This document shows positions 38,994 through 48,987 of a stretch of DNA of 64,000 nucleotides, piece after piece. The stretch comes from Candidatus Woesearchaeota archaeon (GTDB lineage: Archaea; Nanobdellota; Nanobdellia; Woesearchaeales; JAZDKJ01): the NCBI GenBank assembly GCA_043803105.1, contig JAZDKJ010000013.1, forward strand, positions 1-64,000, given 5' to 3'. The notes under the pieces were generated by a model. It had not been told where the DNA came from. It searched no databases and was given only the letters and a program-made list of their open reading frames with translations. Both the position numbers and the translations under genes were made by a program. Position 1 is the stretch's first letter, and every line of letters begins with the position of its first letter.

Positions 38994-39054
38994 TTATGTC
39001 ACCTCCTATTTAGTATGTGCAATGAATACAGACATGCTTTTAAATGTTGCTTAT

Positions 39055-39684
39055 CTATTTTAAAACCTGCCCTGTTTTCATGTACCACAAGTAAAGGTCA
39101 AGCTCAGCAAGCGACATGCCTAGCTCTTGTGCGAGCAACCTCAGCTTTTTCTCAATAACAAGGTAAACCCTCTTGGTAACAGTCTTTGGCCTGGTAATAA
39201 GACCATATTCAACCAAGACATTGATAATATGCCTGTCAACGATGGCAAGATCGGTGCAGCCAGTGTTGCGCAAGAAATGTGAGGCTTCCTTATAGCCAAG
39301 GCCTTTGATGTTCTTCACGAGCCAAACCCTTGCTTGGTCTTCACTTGATTTTAACAGAGCAGAAATCTTATCCTTGATATCCAGGTGATTTCTTGCACCT
39401 ACAATAAAGGCTGTCTTGTTGTTGTGGAAACGGTGCTTGTGCTTCACAATACATTTTTTCACGTCAGCAGCAGATGCGCTACAGAAACCATTAGCCCCAA
39501 GATCTGCTTGTATGGCAAGAGATGTCTTTGCCTTGGAATTGGCTGTAAGAAGGCAGAAACAGAGCTCAGAAAACCACTCTTTTGGAGCCTTCTTATCAAA
39601 GCTCTTGAACTGCCTTAACCTTTTCTCAACCTGAGTTCCTACAGGGCCGTGGCTTAAACGTTTTGTCTCAGCGATAAGGCTCAT
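39055..39684 (-). CDS. ogg: 8-oxoguanine N-glycosylase/DNA lyase
   Basis: FSELCFCLLTAN, IKGLGYKEASHFLRN, AIVDRHI and LDLYLWYMKTG. Confidence 0.93.
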   Translation of the reverse strand: MSLIAETKRLSHGPVGTQVEKRLRQFKSFDKKAPKEWFSELCFCLLTANSKAKTSLAIQADLGANGFCSASAADVKKCIVKHKHRFHNNKTAFIVGARNHLDIKDKISALLKSSEDQARVWLVKNIKGLGYKEASHFLRNTGCTDLAIVDRHIINVLVEYGLITRPKTVTKRVYLVIEKKLRLLAQELGMSLAELDLYLWYMKTGQVLK

Positions 39685-39905
39685 ATTCCGAGATAAATCG
39701 AACTAGCAAGAAAGCCATGAACAAATGCCAACACGATCGAAATAGCTGCCATTCTTGGGTGCCAGACAAAAGGCACGTAACTAATTCCTCTCTTGTTCAA
39801 GACTGATATAGAGGCAGTGAACAAAAAAGAAAGCAAGGTAAGCACGCCCATATATGCAACAAAAGGTAGACCAAAAATCATACTATAGGCAATCTGGCTA
39901 ATCAT
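39681..39905 (-). CDS. Small membrane protein with two His-bearing helices
   Basis: FVWH...FVHG in hydrophobic helices; GAGGTG RBS before MISQ. Confidence 0.65.
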   Translation of the reverse strand: MISQIAYSMIFGLPFVAYMGVLTLLSFLFTASISVLNKRGISYVPFVWHPRMAAISIVLAFVHGFLASSIYLGI

Positions 39906-39913
39906 AGTACACC

Positions 39914-40459
39914 TCAAGAGCAATCCTTACAGCCTGGCTCAAAGCACAAGCAGGCAGGCTCATAGTATTCCCTCGGATGCTTGCATGACGGACAGGTCAG
40001 GGGAGGCTCTGTGCCAACATGAACACAGCCGCACTTTGAGCATTTCCAAGAGATTGGCTTATCACGCTTGAACACCATGCCTTTCTCAACAAGCTCGAGC
40101 AATTTCCTGTAACGAGCCTCGTGATGGGCTTCGACCTCACCGATTTCCTTAAACAAAGTGGCAGCGTCCTTATTGCCTTCAGCCAAGGCTTCTTTCTCGA
40201 AACCTGGGTACATGCTTGAGGTTTCGTAGTGCTCACCTTCAATAGCAGCCAGAAGATTAGCCTTGGTATTGCCCAGCAATTTCAAGCGCTTGAACTCATC
40301 CTTGGCATGCTGCATCTCATTTAATGCAGTCTCCTCGAAAATGCGCGCAATATATTGAAATCCCTCAGCCTCAGCAATCTTGGCAAAATAGGTGTACTTA
40401 TTCCTGGCCTGGCTCTCGCCAGCAAATGCAGCCTTCAAATTATCATCAGTCTTGCTCAT
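39914..40459 (-). CDS. rbr: Rubrerythrin
   Basis: AFAGESQARNKY, E..H diiron motifs and a rubredoxin-like CSKC...CPSC. Confidence 0.95.
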   Translation of the reverse strand: MSKTDDNLKAAFAGESQARNKYTYFAKIAEAEGFQYIARIFEETALNEMQHAKDEFKRLKLLGNTKANLLAAIEGEHYETSSMYPGFEKEALAEGNKDAATLFKEIGEVEAHHEARYRKLLELVEKGMVFKRDKPISWKCSKCGCVHVGTEPPLTCPSCKHPREYYEPACLCFEPGCKDCS

Positions 40460-40576
40460 GAACCCAACCTCCGGTAGGAATGATGGATTATTGGTATTTA
40501 ATTGTTATGTTTTGAAAAACAGCAATAATTTTAAATCGTGCACCAAACCAGAGAACAGATGCAAACAACTGAGGAG

Positions 40577-41182
40577 ATGAAACGAGAGTATCCAGGTGCC
40601 CTAGTCATAAGAAAAACAGTGGGGCTTATAGGCAGGATAGACAGGTGCAATCCTCTTCTTGAACAGGCAAAAAGGGAAGCAGAACAGGAGATCAGACAGA
40701 AGTTCAAAAGCCTTGAGGATTATAGGATAAGGGCATACCAAAAATTCTACAAAAGTTTAGGATTAGACGAGTCACATATGAGGTCGCAAATCAAGGGCAT
40801 AATCAAAGGAAAGGAGATGCCTGTTCTAAGCACATTGATCGACAGCCTGGTAATACCTGAGCTAAAATATTGCATACTAATCGGAGGCCATGACAAGGCA
40901 AAGGTAAAGGGAGAAATGACAGCCTGTATAGCAGGAGAGAATGAGCGCTACATGGGGATAGGAAACAGGGAGCTTACAATCCCAAAGGGAGACATAATAG
41001 TAAGGGATGAAGAGTCAATAATAGCGAGCATAACGATGGGCCCGAGCGAAAGGACAAAACTTGGAACAGATACAAAGCAGGCAGAGATACTAGCATGGAC
41101 TGTTCCTGGAATAGGCAAAGAGGTTGCAGAACTGGCCTTGGAAGAGTGTGAAGAAAACATCAAGAGGTTTTGCAGTCAATAG
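40577..41182 (+). CDS. Stand-alone B3/B4 (PheT editing-like) domain protein
   Basis: IRAYQKFYK.LG, LIDS, GGHD..K and DIIVRDE; GAGGAG before MKREY. Confidence 0.75.
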   Translation: MKREYPGALVIRKTVGLIGRIDRCNPLLEQAKREAEQEIRQKFKSLEDYRIRAYQKFYKSLGLDESHMRSQIKGIIKGKEMPVLSTLIDSLVIPELKYCILIGGHDKAKVKGEMTACIAGENERYMGIGNRELTIPKGDIIVRDEESIIASITMGPSERTKLGTDTKQAEILAWTVPGIGKEVAELALEECEENIKRFCSQ

Positions 41183-42114
41183 GACTCGAGCACTTCAACA
41201 GAATCAATGCTGCCGTCGCCGTCAAGGTCAAAACCCTGCACAATGCAGCAGAACTCCTTCTGGTCAGCAAATCTTGAAAGGACTTGCCTTGTGAACCGTG
41301 AGAAGCCAATGACTGCTGCCTTGGTACCAGAGAATCTAATGCCTGCCAAAGCAATAATCTTAGAGGCAGGATTATAAGGATTAGGGATCTTTGCAATAAG
41401 CCCGATGCTATCATCAGTATATTCCTCCTTGCCAACAATACCCCAGGGCTTTGAATCAGAAAACTTTGCAGGCAGAAAATCATTAATCTTTGCCATAGCA
41501 AGATTTGTTACTGGACCACCAACAATGATGAAGTTTGTCTTCTCGTGCTTGAGGTCAGTGTCCACATCAAGCTTGACTGAGAAATGGTTTGTGGACGAAC
41601 AAAAAGCGCCAAGGAAAAGAGCAAGGTCAACCGCATAATGACCATCCCGGGCACGGGCCTTAAACTGGCCATGCGGATCAGGGCTGCCGACAATAATCTT
41701 TGCGTTCAATTCATCATTTTCGATAAAAGGCTTTAAGAAAAGCTCGAGCCTCTTGTCCTTCTCAGAGCCCAAAAGCTGCTTGATATTCTTCCAATTGGCG
41801 GAAAGGCTTACTGCAAAATTCATCTGCCTGGCAGAATATTTTTTCGCCATGGTACCCCTGATCTCTTTTTTTTCAGTCAACTCAATAATGTCTGAGTTGA
41901 GAAGCTGCTTAACGTGGTAATAGACCTTCTGCTCGTGCATATGAAGCTTTTTTGCAATCTCTGCAGGATACATTGGTTGAAGGGAGAGCATCTTGAGAAT
42001 CTTGATCCTTGTGCCATCTTCCGTAAGCTTAAGGCTTGCTGGGTTCTGCAACATGAAGAGGTCATCGTAAAAAAAACGGTTGTCCTGCTCCTTCACTATG
42101 AAGTACTTTGTCAT
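41176..42114 (-). CDS. ArsR-type HTH regulator with a C-terminal S-layer-like domain
   Basis: YPAEIAKKL...EQKVYYHVKQL, followed by IVGSPDPHG, IIVGGPVTN and AGI...GT.AA. Confidence 0.8.
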   Translation of the reverse strand: MTKYFIVKEQDNRFFYDDLFMLQNPASLKLTEDGTRIKILKMLSLQPMYPAEIAKKLHMHEQKVYYHVKQLLNSDIIELTEKKEIRGTMAKKYSARQMNFAVSLSANWKNIKQLLGSEKDKRLELFLKPFIENDELNAKIIVGSPDPHGQFKARARDGHYAVDLALFLGAFCSSTNHFSVKLDVDTDLKHEKTNFIIVGGPVTNLAMAKINDFLPAKFSDSKPWGIVGKEEYTDDSIGLIAKIPNPYNPASKIIALAGIRFSGTKAAVIGFSRFTRQVLSRFADQKEFCCIVQGFDLDGDGSIDSVEVLESY

Positions 42115-42380
42115 GGCACAAAAAAAAAGCTGATGATATATAAATATTTGTTTTCATTATGAATATTTTTATAATATTATTATAATCCTTTATAATGTGT
42201 ATTATACCGATAAGGAAGAAAAATTGTTTATTTGTCAAAATATGGCCAAAAAATGCCAATTTTGCTTTTAAGATGCATAAAAATGCGTTAAAAGCATTTT
42301 TATTGGCAAATCAATCACTTTGCAAAGGAATACTACAAAAGATTTATGAATTAAAGATATAAAAGGGGAAGAAAAAGTAA

Positions 42381-43733
42381 ATGGGCATGAAAAAAACGCT
42401 ATTTGGCACTGATGGTATGAGAGGGATAGCAAATATACACCCCATGACTCCAGAGGTTGTGGTGCGGCTAGGAAAGGCAATAGTTGAAGCGCTGAAAAAT
42501 GGCACAAGACCAAAAATACTGATAGGAAAAGACACAAGATTAAGCGGCTATATGCTTGAGTCTGCACTCACAACAGGAATCTGTTCAATGGGAGGGGATG
42601 TGCTACTTGTCGGACCAATGCCTACACCAGCAATTGCGCACCTCACAAGGTCTTTTGCAGCTGACGCAGGAGTAGTCATCTCTGCATCACACAATCCGTG
42701 GGAGCACAACGGAATCAAGATTTTCTCAAGCAAGGGAATAAAACTTCCTGATGATATTGAATTAAGACTGGAACAACTGATGATAAAAGACGCAAGAAAT
42801 GAGCATGTGCAAGGAATTGCTATAGGCAAAGCAAAAAGGATAGACGACGCGAAAGGCCGCTACATAGAGTTTGCCAAGGCAGCCATAGACAATTTCCCCC
42901 TGCAAGGGCTAAAGGTTGTGCTTGACTGCGCAAACGGAGCAGCTTATGACATAACACCGCACATACTCCAGGAACTTGGGGCAGAGGTAATAATAATGTT
43001 CAACGAGCCAAACGGAACAAACATCAACAAGGAGTGCGGCTCACTGCATCCTGAGGTAATGCAACAAGCGGTGCTCAAACACAAAGCAGACCTTGGCATA
43101 GCACTTGACGGTGATGCTGACAGGGTCATAATGGCTGACGAAAAAGGAAACCTTGTGGACGGAGACCACCTGATGGCAATAATAGCGCTAGACCTCAAGG
43201 AAAAGAAGCAGCTAAAAAAGGATACGGTTGTAGGCACAGTGATGACAAACAAGGGACTAGAGCTGTACCTGAAGAAACAGGGAATAAGCCTGGTCAGGAC
43301 GAATGTAGGAGACCCTTACATAGTTGAGGAGATGCTTAAAAACGGCTACAATTTCGGGGGAGAACAATCAGGGCACATAATATGTTTTGACCATAACAGC
43401 ACACCTGATGCTACAATCACAAGCCTGTACATAATGAAAATAATGAAAGAAAAAGGGAAGAAACTGTCTGAACTCGGAACACTTTTCAAGTCAATGCCGC
43501 AGGTGCTCCTTAACAGCACGGTAAGAGAGAAGAGGGAGCTTGACAAGATGCCAAATGTAGTTAATACTATCAAGTCAGTTGAAAATGAGCTTGGAGAGGC
43601 AGGAAGGGTGCTTGTAAGGTATTCTGGGACAGAAAACAAGGTAAGGGTCATGATAGAAGGAGAAAATATGCAGAAGATAGAAGCGTACGCACAAGACATC
43701 ATGACAACGATACGAAAGGAGCTGGGAGATTGA
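42381..43733 (+). CDS. glmM: Phosphoglucosamine mutase
   Basis: FGTDGMRG, ISASHNP, DGDADR, GGEQSGH and RYSGTE. Confidence 0.95.
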   Translation: MGMKKTLFGTDGMRGIANIHPMTPEVVVRLGKAIVEALKNGTRPKILIGKDTRLSGYMLESALTTGICSMGGDVLLVGPMPTPAIAHLTRSFAADAGVVISASHNPWEHNGIKIFSSKGIKLPDDIELRLEQLMIKDARNEHVQGIAIGKAKRIDDAKGRYIEFAKAAIDNFPLQGLKVVLDCANGAAYDITPHILQELGAEVIIMFNEPNGTNINKECGSLHPEVMQQAVLKHKADLGIALDGDADRVIMADEKGNLVDGDHLMAIIALDLKEKKQLKKDTVVGTVMTNKGLELYLKKQGISLVRTNVGDPYIVEEMLKNGYNFGGEQSGHIICFDHNSTPDATITSLYIMKIMKEKGKKLSELGTLFKSMPQVLLNSTVREKRELDKMPNVVNTIKSVENELGEAGRVLVRYSGTENKVRVMIEGENMQKIEAYAQDIMTTIRKELGD

Positions 43734-44914
43734 AGGCTGTAATACTTTGCGCAGGCAAGTCAACAAGGACATATCCATTTACAATCTCAAAACCAAAGGC
43801 ATTGCTTCCGATCCTAGACAAGACCTTAATTGAGGTCAGCATTGAGAGCCTGAAGGGAATTGCTGAGGAGGTCATAATTGTAGTAGGATGTTTGAAAGAA
43901 CAAATAATTGAACACCTGGGGAGCACATACCAAGGAATAAAGATAACATATGTTGAACAAAAAGAGCAGCTGGGGACAGGCCATGCGCTCATGCAAGCCA
44001 GGAGCCAACTGACTGGAAAATTTTTGGTGCTGAACGGAGACGACATATACTCACCAAAAGATATCCTAAACTGTGCAAAGCATGACAGATGCCTGCTTGG
44101 CAAAGAGGTGGAGGACCCGGAAAAATGGGGAATCCTTCTCACTGAAGGTAAAGCGCTCAAAGGAATCCAAGAAAAACCTACAGAACCGTTATCAAACATT
44201 GGCAACACAGGCTTGTACGTTCTAGACAAGAACATTTTCCCATATCTGGAAAAAACAGGAAAGAGCGAGAGAGGGGAAATAGAAATAACATCAGCCATCA
44301 GCGAAATGTGCAAAGAGCAAACATACATGGTTGAAAAAATCCAAGATTACTGGTTACCAGTAAGCTATCCATGGCAACTGCTTGAGGCAAACGCATTTTT
44401 TCTAGAAAAGATAAGCCAAAGCAACATCAAGGGCATAGTCGAAGCGCATGTAACAATGAGAGGGGTTGTTGTGCTAAGAGAAAAAAGCATAATCAAATCA
44501 GGATGTTACTTGGAAGGGCCTGTATGGATAGGCAAAGACTGTGTAGTGGGCCCGAATGCATACCTGAGAAAAGACACCATACTCCTAGACAATGTGAGAA
44601 CAAGGTCAGAGATAGTAGACTCACTTATCATGAAAGGAACAACAGCAAAGCACCACAGCTATATAGGGCACTCAATCGTTGGCGAGAACTGCAACATAGG
44701 AGCAGGAACGATCACATCAGACTACAGACACGATGGAGCTACCAACAAAACTATAATCCAAGGAAAAAAAGTTGACAGCAACAGGAGGAAACTTGGTGCG
44801 TTCATAGGTGATGGTGTGCATACTGGGATTAACACAAGCATTTATCCCGGAAGGAAAATATGGCCAGGAAAGACAACTGTTCCAGGGGAAATAGTCAAAG
44901 AAGACATAATGTAA
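43730..44914 (+). CDS. glmU: Archaeal bifunctional sugar-1-phosphate nucleotidyltransferase/acetyltransferase
   Basis: LCAGKSTRTYP...PK, EQLGTG and C-terminal hexapeptide repeats (SYIGHS, NIGAGT). Confidence 0.88.
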   Translation: MKAVILCAGKSTRTYPFTISKPKALLPILDKTLIEVSIESLKGIAEEVIIVVGCLKEQIIEHLGSTYQGIKITYVEQKEQLGTGHALMQARSQLTGKFLVLNGDDIYSPKDILNCAKHDRCLLGKEVEDPEKWGILLTEGKALKGIQEKPTEPLSNIGNTGLYVLDKNIFPYLEKTGKSERGEIEITSAISEMCKEQTYMVEKIQDYWLPVSYPWQLLEANAFFLEKISQSNIKGIVEAHVTMRGVVVLREKSIIKSGCYLEGPVWIGKDCVVGPNAYLRKDTILLDNVRTRSEIVDSLIMKGTTAKHHSYIGHSIVGENCNIGAGTITSDYRHDGATNKTIIQGKKVDSNRRKLGAFIGDGVHTGINTSIYPGRKIWPGKTTVPGEIVKEDIM

Positions 44915-44915
44915 A

Positions 44916-46085
44916 ATGTGCGGAATCATAGCATACAAAGGAAATGAGCAGGCAAGCAAGATAATTCTCGAAGGGCTGCAGAATCTTGAATACAGGGGAT
45001 ATGACTCAGTGGGAATTGCAACAATAGATGCTGGCAAATTACAGGTACAAAAAGAAATTGGGAAAGTGCAAGATACGCAGCTCGATTTTGAGAGCATGAA
45101 GGGAACGATGGGAATGGGCCATAAAAGGTGGGCTAAGATAAAGTACTTAAGTAAACAAAACATTCCAATTACCCAAATGAGTAAACCATTTTTTCGGATG
45201 GTTGATTTAGCACTCGAAAATCCACAGTTATATTACGTTGAGATAGACGAGAATTTACGACACTTGATTGGATTGAAAATACTGAGAGTTAGTTCAATCA
45301 TTGATAAGACCATGATTTCAAGAAAAAGCTTGTACAGAATAATGAAAAAATCCGGCCACTATTGCCGATTGGACACATTGTTGAAACTTGGTAAATCTAT
45401 CAATGTTAGCGGAAAGACTCTACATATTCATATAAAAAGTGTAAAGACCAAGAATAGTTTTCCAATAACAAATCAGAAATTGAGCCTTAATGAAGGCTTT
45501 GCTCGCATTTTGGGTCATATCATTGGTGATGGAGGTATTCATATTGTTGTGAAAGAGAACAAGTACCGTATTTTTTATGTTAATAATGAAAAATTTTTGC
45601 TGAATTCATTCAAGACTGATGTGGTCAACTGCTTTGGAGAAACTAAGATATATAGCCGGCAAAGATTAGATCATGGAGACGAAGTTTGGCTACCATCTAC
45701 AATTGGTTCACTTATATACAGATTGCTGGATTTCAAAGCCGGTAATAAACAAGTTCCATCCATTGTCATGAGATGCAAGAATACAAAAGTTGTTGCAGCA
45801 TTCCTTCAGGCATTGTATGATGATGAAGGTTTTTTGTATCCGTCAAAGAAAATGATAGTGATATCACAGGTGGATCTACAATTAATCGAACAAATTAAGG
45901 AACTTGTATCCCGGCTTCAAATCAAAAGCAACAAAATCTTGGAACACAATTCGAAAAGTAGAAGTCTTATGTACTATTTTACGATAACGGGCAAACAAGA
46001 TATTCAGCGATTTAAGAACAAGATTGGATTCTTGCACCCTATCAAATCCAAGAAATTGTCCCTGCTAATGAAATCTTACAAGTGA
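44916..46085 (+). mobile_element. GlmS N-terminal 73 aa fused in frame to an HTH plus LAGLIDADG homing endonuclease
   Basis: MCGII...LEYRGYDS...GMGHKRWA, then ARILGHIIGDG and AFLQALYDDEG. No intein splicing termini; ends in a stop codon. Confidence 0.85.
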
Positions 46086-46090
46086 AAAAA

Positions 46091-47857
46091 ATGTGTGGTA
46101 TTGTAGCGTATCGTGGAATTAAACAAGCCAGTCCTTTACTATTGAAATGCCTTAGGCATCTAGAATATCGCGGGTATGACTCAGTTGGAATGGCAGTATT
46201 GAGCCATCAGGGAATAGAAGTCCGCAAAGAGGTGGGGAAGATTGATGAAGCTGACAAGCGAGCGCATTTTGAAGAATTGAAAGGAAATCTAGGAATGGCG
46301 CATACTCGTTGGAGCACCCATGGTGGTGTAACTCAAAAGAATGCGCATCCACACTTATCAGAGGATGGAAAGATTGCAGTTGTTCACAATGGGATTATCG
46401 AAAACTACCAATATCTAAGAGAATTCTTGAAGTCCAAGGGAATAGTATGTATGACTGACACTGATACAGAAGTTATACCTCATCTCATACAATACCATAT
46501 GCTGAATGGCCAGGATTTTAGAAAAGCATTTGTAACAAGTTTAAGAGAACTCGAGGGAAGCTTTGCTGTTGTTGCGATTCATAGTGACCATAATTTTATT
46601 CTTACGGCTCGTCGTGGCTCACCTCTTGTATTGGGTTTTAAAGATAATGAATTGTTCGCGGCATCTGACGTTCCGGCATTTCTGGAGTATACAAACAAAG
46701 TGATTTATCTTGAGGATGATGAATATGCTATTATGGCCAAGAGATTGGATGTTTTCAGCTTAAAAAATGATGAGTTACAAACCAAAGAACCTGTAACTAT
46801 CACATGGTCCATAGAGCAGGCAAGAAAGGGTGAGTATGCTCACTTTATGCTAAAAGAGATTACAGAACAGAAAGAGACAATAAGAAAAGCAGCAGAACAA
46901 GACCCAAAGCTCATGGCACAAGTCAGCCAGATGCTCAAAGATGCATTTGGAATTTTCTTTGTGGGCTGCGGGACATCGTACCATGCCTGCGTGTCAGCAT
47001 CATACCAATTCGCAGAAATAGCTAAGAAGCATGTAAACGTTATACTGGCATCAGAATTCAGGAATTATGAGAGCTTTCTGACAGACAAGACAGTGATGGT
47101 AGCACTTTCGCAATCTGGAGAGACAGCGGACACAATAGAAGCAATAAAGACAGCAAAAAAGCATGGGACCAAGATAATAACTATAGTGAATGTAATGGGG
47201 TCAACAATAACAAGGCTCTCAGACGTGAACATAATGACGCATTCGGGACCTGAAATATGCGTACTTTCGACCAAAAGCTACACAGCACAGCTCGCGATAC
47301 TCCTAAGCTTGGCATACAATGTGGCAGGAAGAGAGGCTGAAGGAAAAAAAGTGATTACAAAAGCTTCACTTGAGGTTGAAGGGCTGATCAAGGAGAACTT
47401 GACGCGGCTCAAGGCATTGGCAAAGCAATTGAAAGGCCAGCATGACATATTCCTAATAGGAAGAGACCTTGCATATCCCAGCGCTCTTGAAGGGGCACTC
47501 AAAATAAAGGAAGTCAGCTATGTGCACGCAGAAGGGTTTGCAGGAGGAGAGCTAAAGCACGGCACAATAGCGCTAATAGAGCAAGGCATACCAGCAATAA
47601 TACTTGCGACTGAACACACAAGAAAGGAAATTGTATCAAACGCAATGGAAATCAAGGCAAGGGGAGGATACATAATAGGGATAGACTCAGAGCCAAACGA
47701 TGTCTACGACTATCACATTAAAGTGGCTGAAGCAGGAATGGCAAACCCTATCTTGATGATAATACCTTTGCAAATACTTGCATACTACCTTGCACTAGAG
47801 CGGGGCTGCGACCCTGACAAGCCCAGAAACCTTGCAAAAAGCGTTACAGTAAAATAA
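46091..47857 (+). CDS. glmS: Glutamine-fructose-6-phosphate transaminase
   Basis: MCGIV (Cys1), HTRWSTHG, HNGIIEN, SQSGET, LKHG and PRNLAKSVTV. The Cys1 requirement puts the start at 46091. Confidence 0.95.
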   Translation: MCGIVAYRGIKQASPLLLKCLRHLEYRGYDSVGMAVLSHQGIEVRKEVGKIDEADKRAHFEELKGNLGMAHTRWSTHGGVTQKNAHPHLSEDGKIAVVHNGIIENYQYLREFLKSKGIVCMTDTDTEVIPHLIQYHMLNGQDFRKAFVTSLRELEGSFAVVAIHSDHNFILTARRGSPLVLGFKDNELFAASDVPAFLEYTNKVIYLEDDEYAIMAKRLDVFSLKNDELQTKEPVTITWSIEQARKGEYAHFMLKEITEQKETIRKAAEQDPKLMAQVSQMLKDAFGIFFVGCGTSYHACVSASYQFAEIAKKHVNVILASEFRNYESFLTDKTVMVALSQSGETADTIEAIKTAKKHGTKIITIVNVMGSTITRLSDVNIMTHSGPEICVLSTKSYTAQLAILLSLAYNVAGREAEGKKVITKASLEVEGLIKENLTRLKALAKQLKGQHDIFLIGRDLAYPSALEGALKIKEVSYVHAEGFAGGELKHGTIALIEQGIPAIILATEHTRKEIVSNAMEIKARGGYIIGIDSEPNDVYDYHIKVAEAGMANPILMIIPLQILAYYLALERGCDPDKPRNLAKSVTVK

Positions 47858-47892
47858 AGGATTATAAAGTCCACTTGCTTCTGATTGGCAAA

Positions 47893-48987
47893 ATGAAAAA
47901 GAACCTCAGCGCAATAGAACTCAAGCAGATTGTTGCAGAATTACAAGAGCTTCTGGGCTCGAAAGTGTCAAAGATTTACCAGCCCATAAAGGAAGAGGTG
48001 TACATACAAGCACACAGCGCATCACAAGGAAAGAAAATTTTGAGAATATTTGTGCCAAGGTTCATGCACCTGACAGAACACAAGCTAGCAAGCCCGCAAA
48101 GCCCTCATGGGTTTTGCCAATCATTGAGGAAATGGATCTCAAACACGAGAATAGCGAAGATAAAACAAACTCGAATGGAGAGAATAGTAGAGATAACCTT
48201 TGAGTCAAATGCTGGCAATTACATACTGATCATCGAATTGTTTGCGAGGGGAAACATAATCCTGTGCAGGGAAGACATGACAATAATATCGGCGCTTGAG
48301 ACACAAAAATTCAAGGACAGGGAAATCAGGCCAAAAGCAATCTACACTGCACCAAAAGCAGCATTCGACCTGACAAAATTCAAGATAGATGACATCAAGG
48401 AAGCGCTGGAGAAGACAAAATCAGACAATATAGTGAAGTTCCTAGCGATAGATTTAGGCTTGGGCGGGCTTTATGCAGAAGAGATAATCGAGAACTGTAA
48501 TATAAACAAGAACAAAACAAGTCTTGAGCCGAAGGAAATGGAGCAAGTATACAAAGGAATACTCAAACTTCTTGAAAGGAAACCGGAGCCTATGATTGTT
48601 ACAAAGGAAGGGTTTAGCGATGTTGTACCGTTTGAACTAGCTGCTTATAGAGACTATGAAAAGAAAGGATTCAAGAGCTTCAACGAAGCACTAGATGAAT
48701 ACAATTACAGTAATCTCACTGAGCAAAAAAGCAAAGAAGCCTCGCCTGAAAGAGAGAGATTGGAAAAAATCCTTAGAGCACAAGAAGAGGTCATTAAGCA
48801 AGGAGAGGCAGAAATAGCAGAGAACCAGAGAAAAGGTGAGATGATATACGAGCATTACCAAGAGATAAAAGACATTCTTGAAAGAGTCAACAGCGAGCTG
48901 AAAAAATTGACAAAAGAAGAGATTATCGAGAAGCACAAAATAAAAGAGCTGGATTTGAAGGATAAAACTATTACAGTAGAGCTCTAG
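47893..48987 (+). CDS. rqcH: NFACT/RqcH-like protein, N-terminal part only
   Basis: LRK, ERIVEITF, IELF..GNIIL, GGLYAEEI, FNEALDEY and coiled coil; ends before the NFACT-R domain. Confidence 0.8.
   Translation: MKKNLSAIELKQIVAELQELLGSKVSKIYQPIKEEVYIQAHSASQGKKILRIFVPRFMHLTEHKLASPQSPHGFCQSLRKWISNTRIAKIKQTRMERIVEITFESNAGNYILIIELFARGNIILCREDMTIISALETQKFKDREIRPKAIYTAPKAAFDLTKFKIDDIKEALEKTKSDNIVKFLAIDLGLGGLYAEEIIENCNINKNKTSLEPKEMEQVYKGILKLLERKPEPMIVTKEGFSDVVPFELAAYRDYEKKGFKSFNEALDEYNYSNLTEQKSKEASPERERLEKILRAQEEVIKQGEAEIAENQRKGEMIYEHYQEIKDILERVNSELKKLTKEEIIEKHKIKELDLKDKTITVEL

Noticed and set aside
42115-42380. AT-rich region with TTATAAT repeats as a replication origin
   Set aside because: No ORB-like boxes or cdc6/orc1 nearby and no change in strand skew across it. 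Divergent promoters explain it.
44916-46085. Intein in GlmS
   Set aside because: There is no Cys/Ser start after GH and no His-Asn end, the ORF stops, and glmS restarts from Met-Cys. It is not a splicing intein as it stands.
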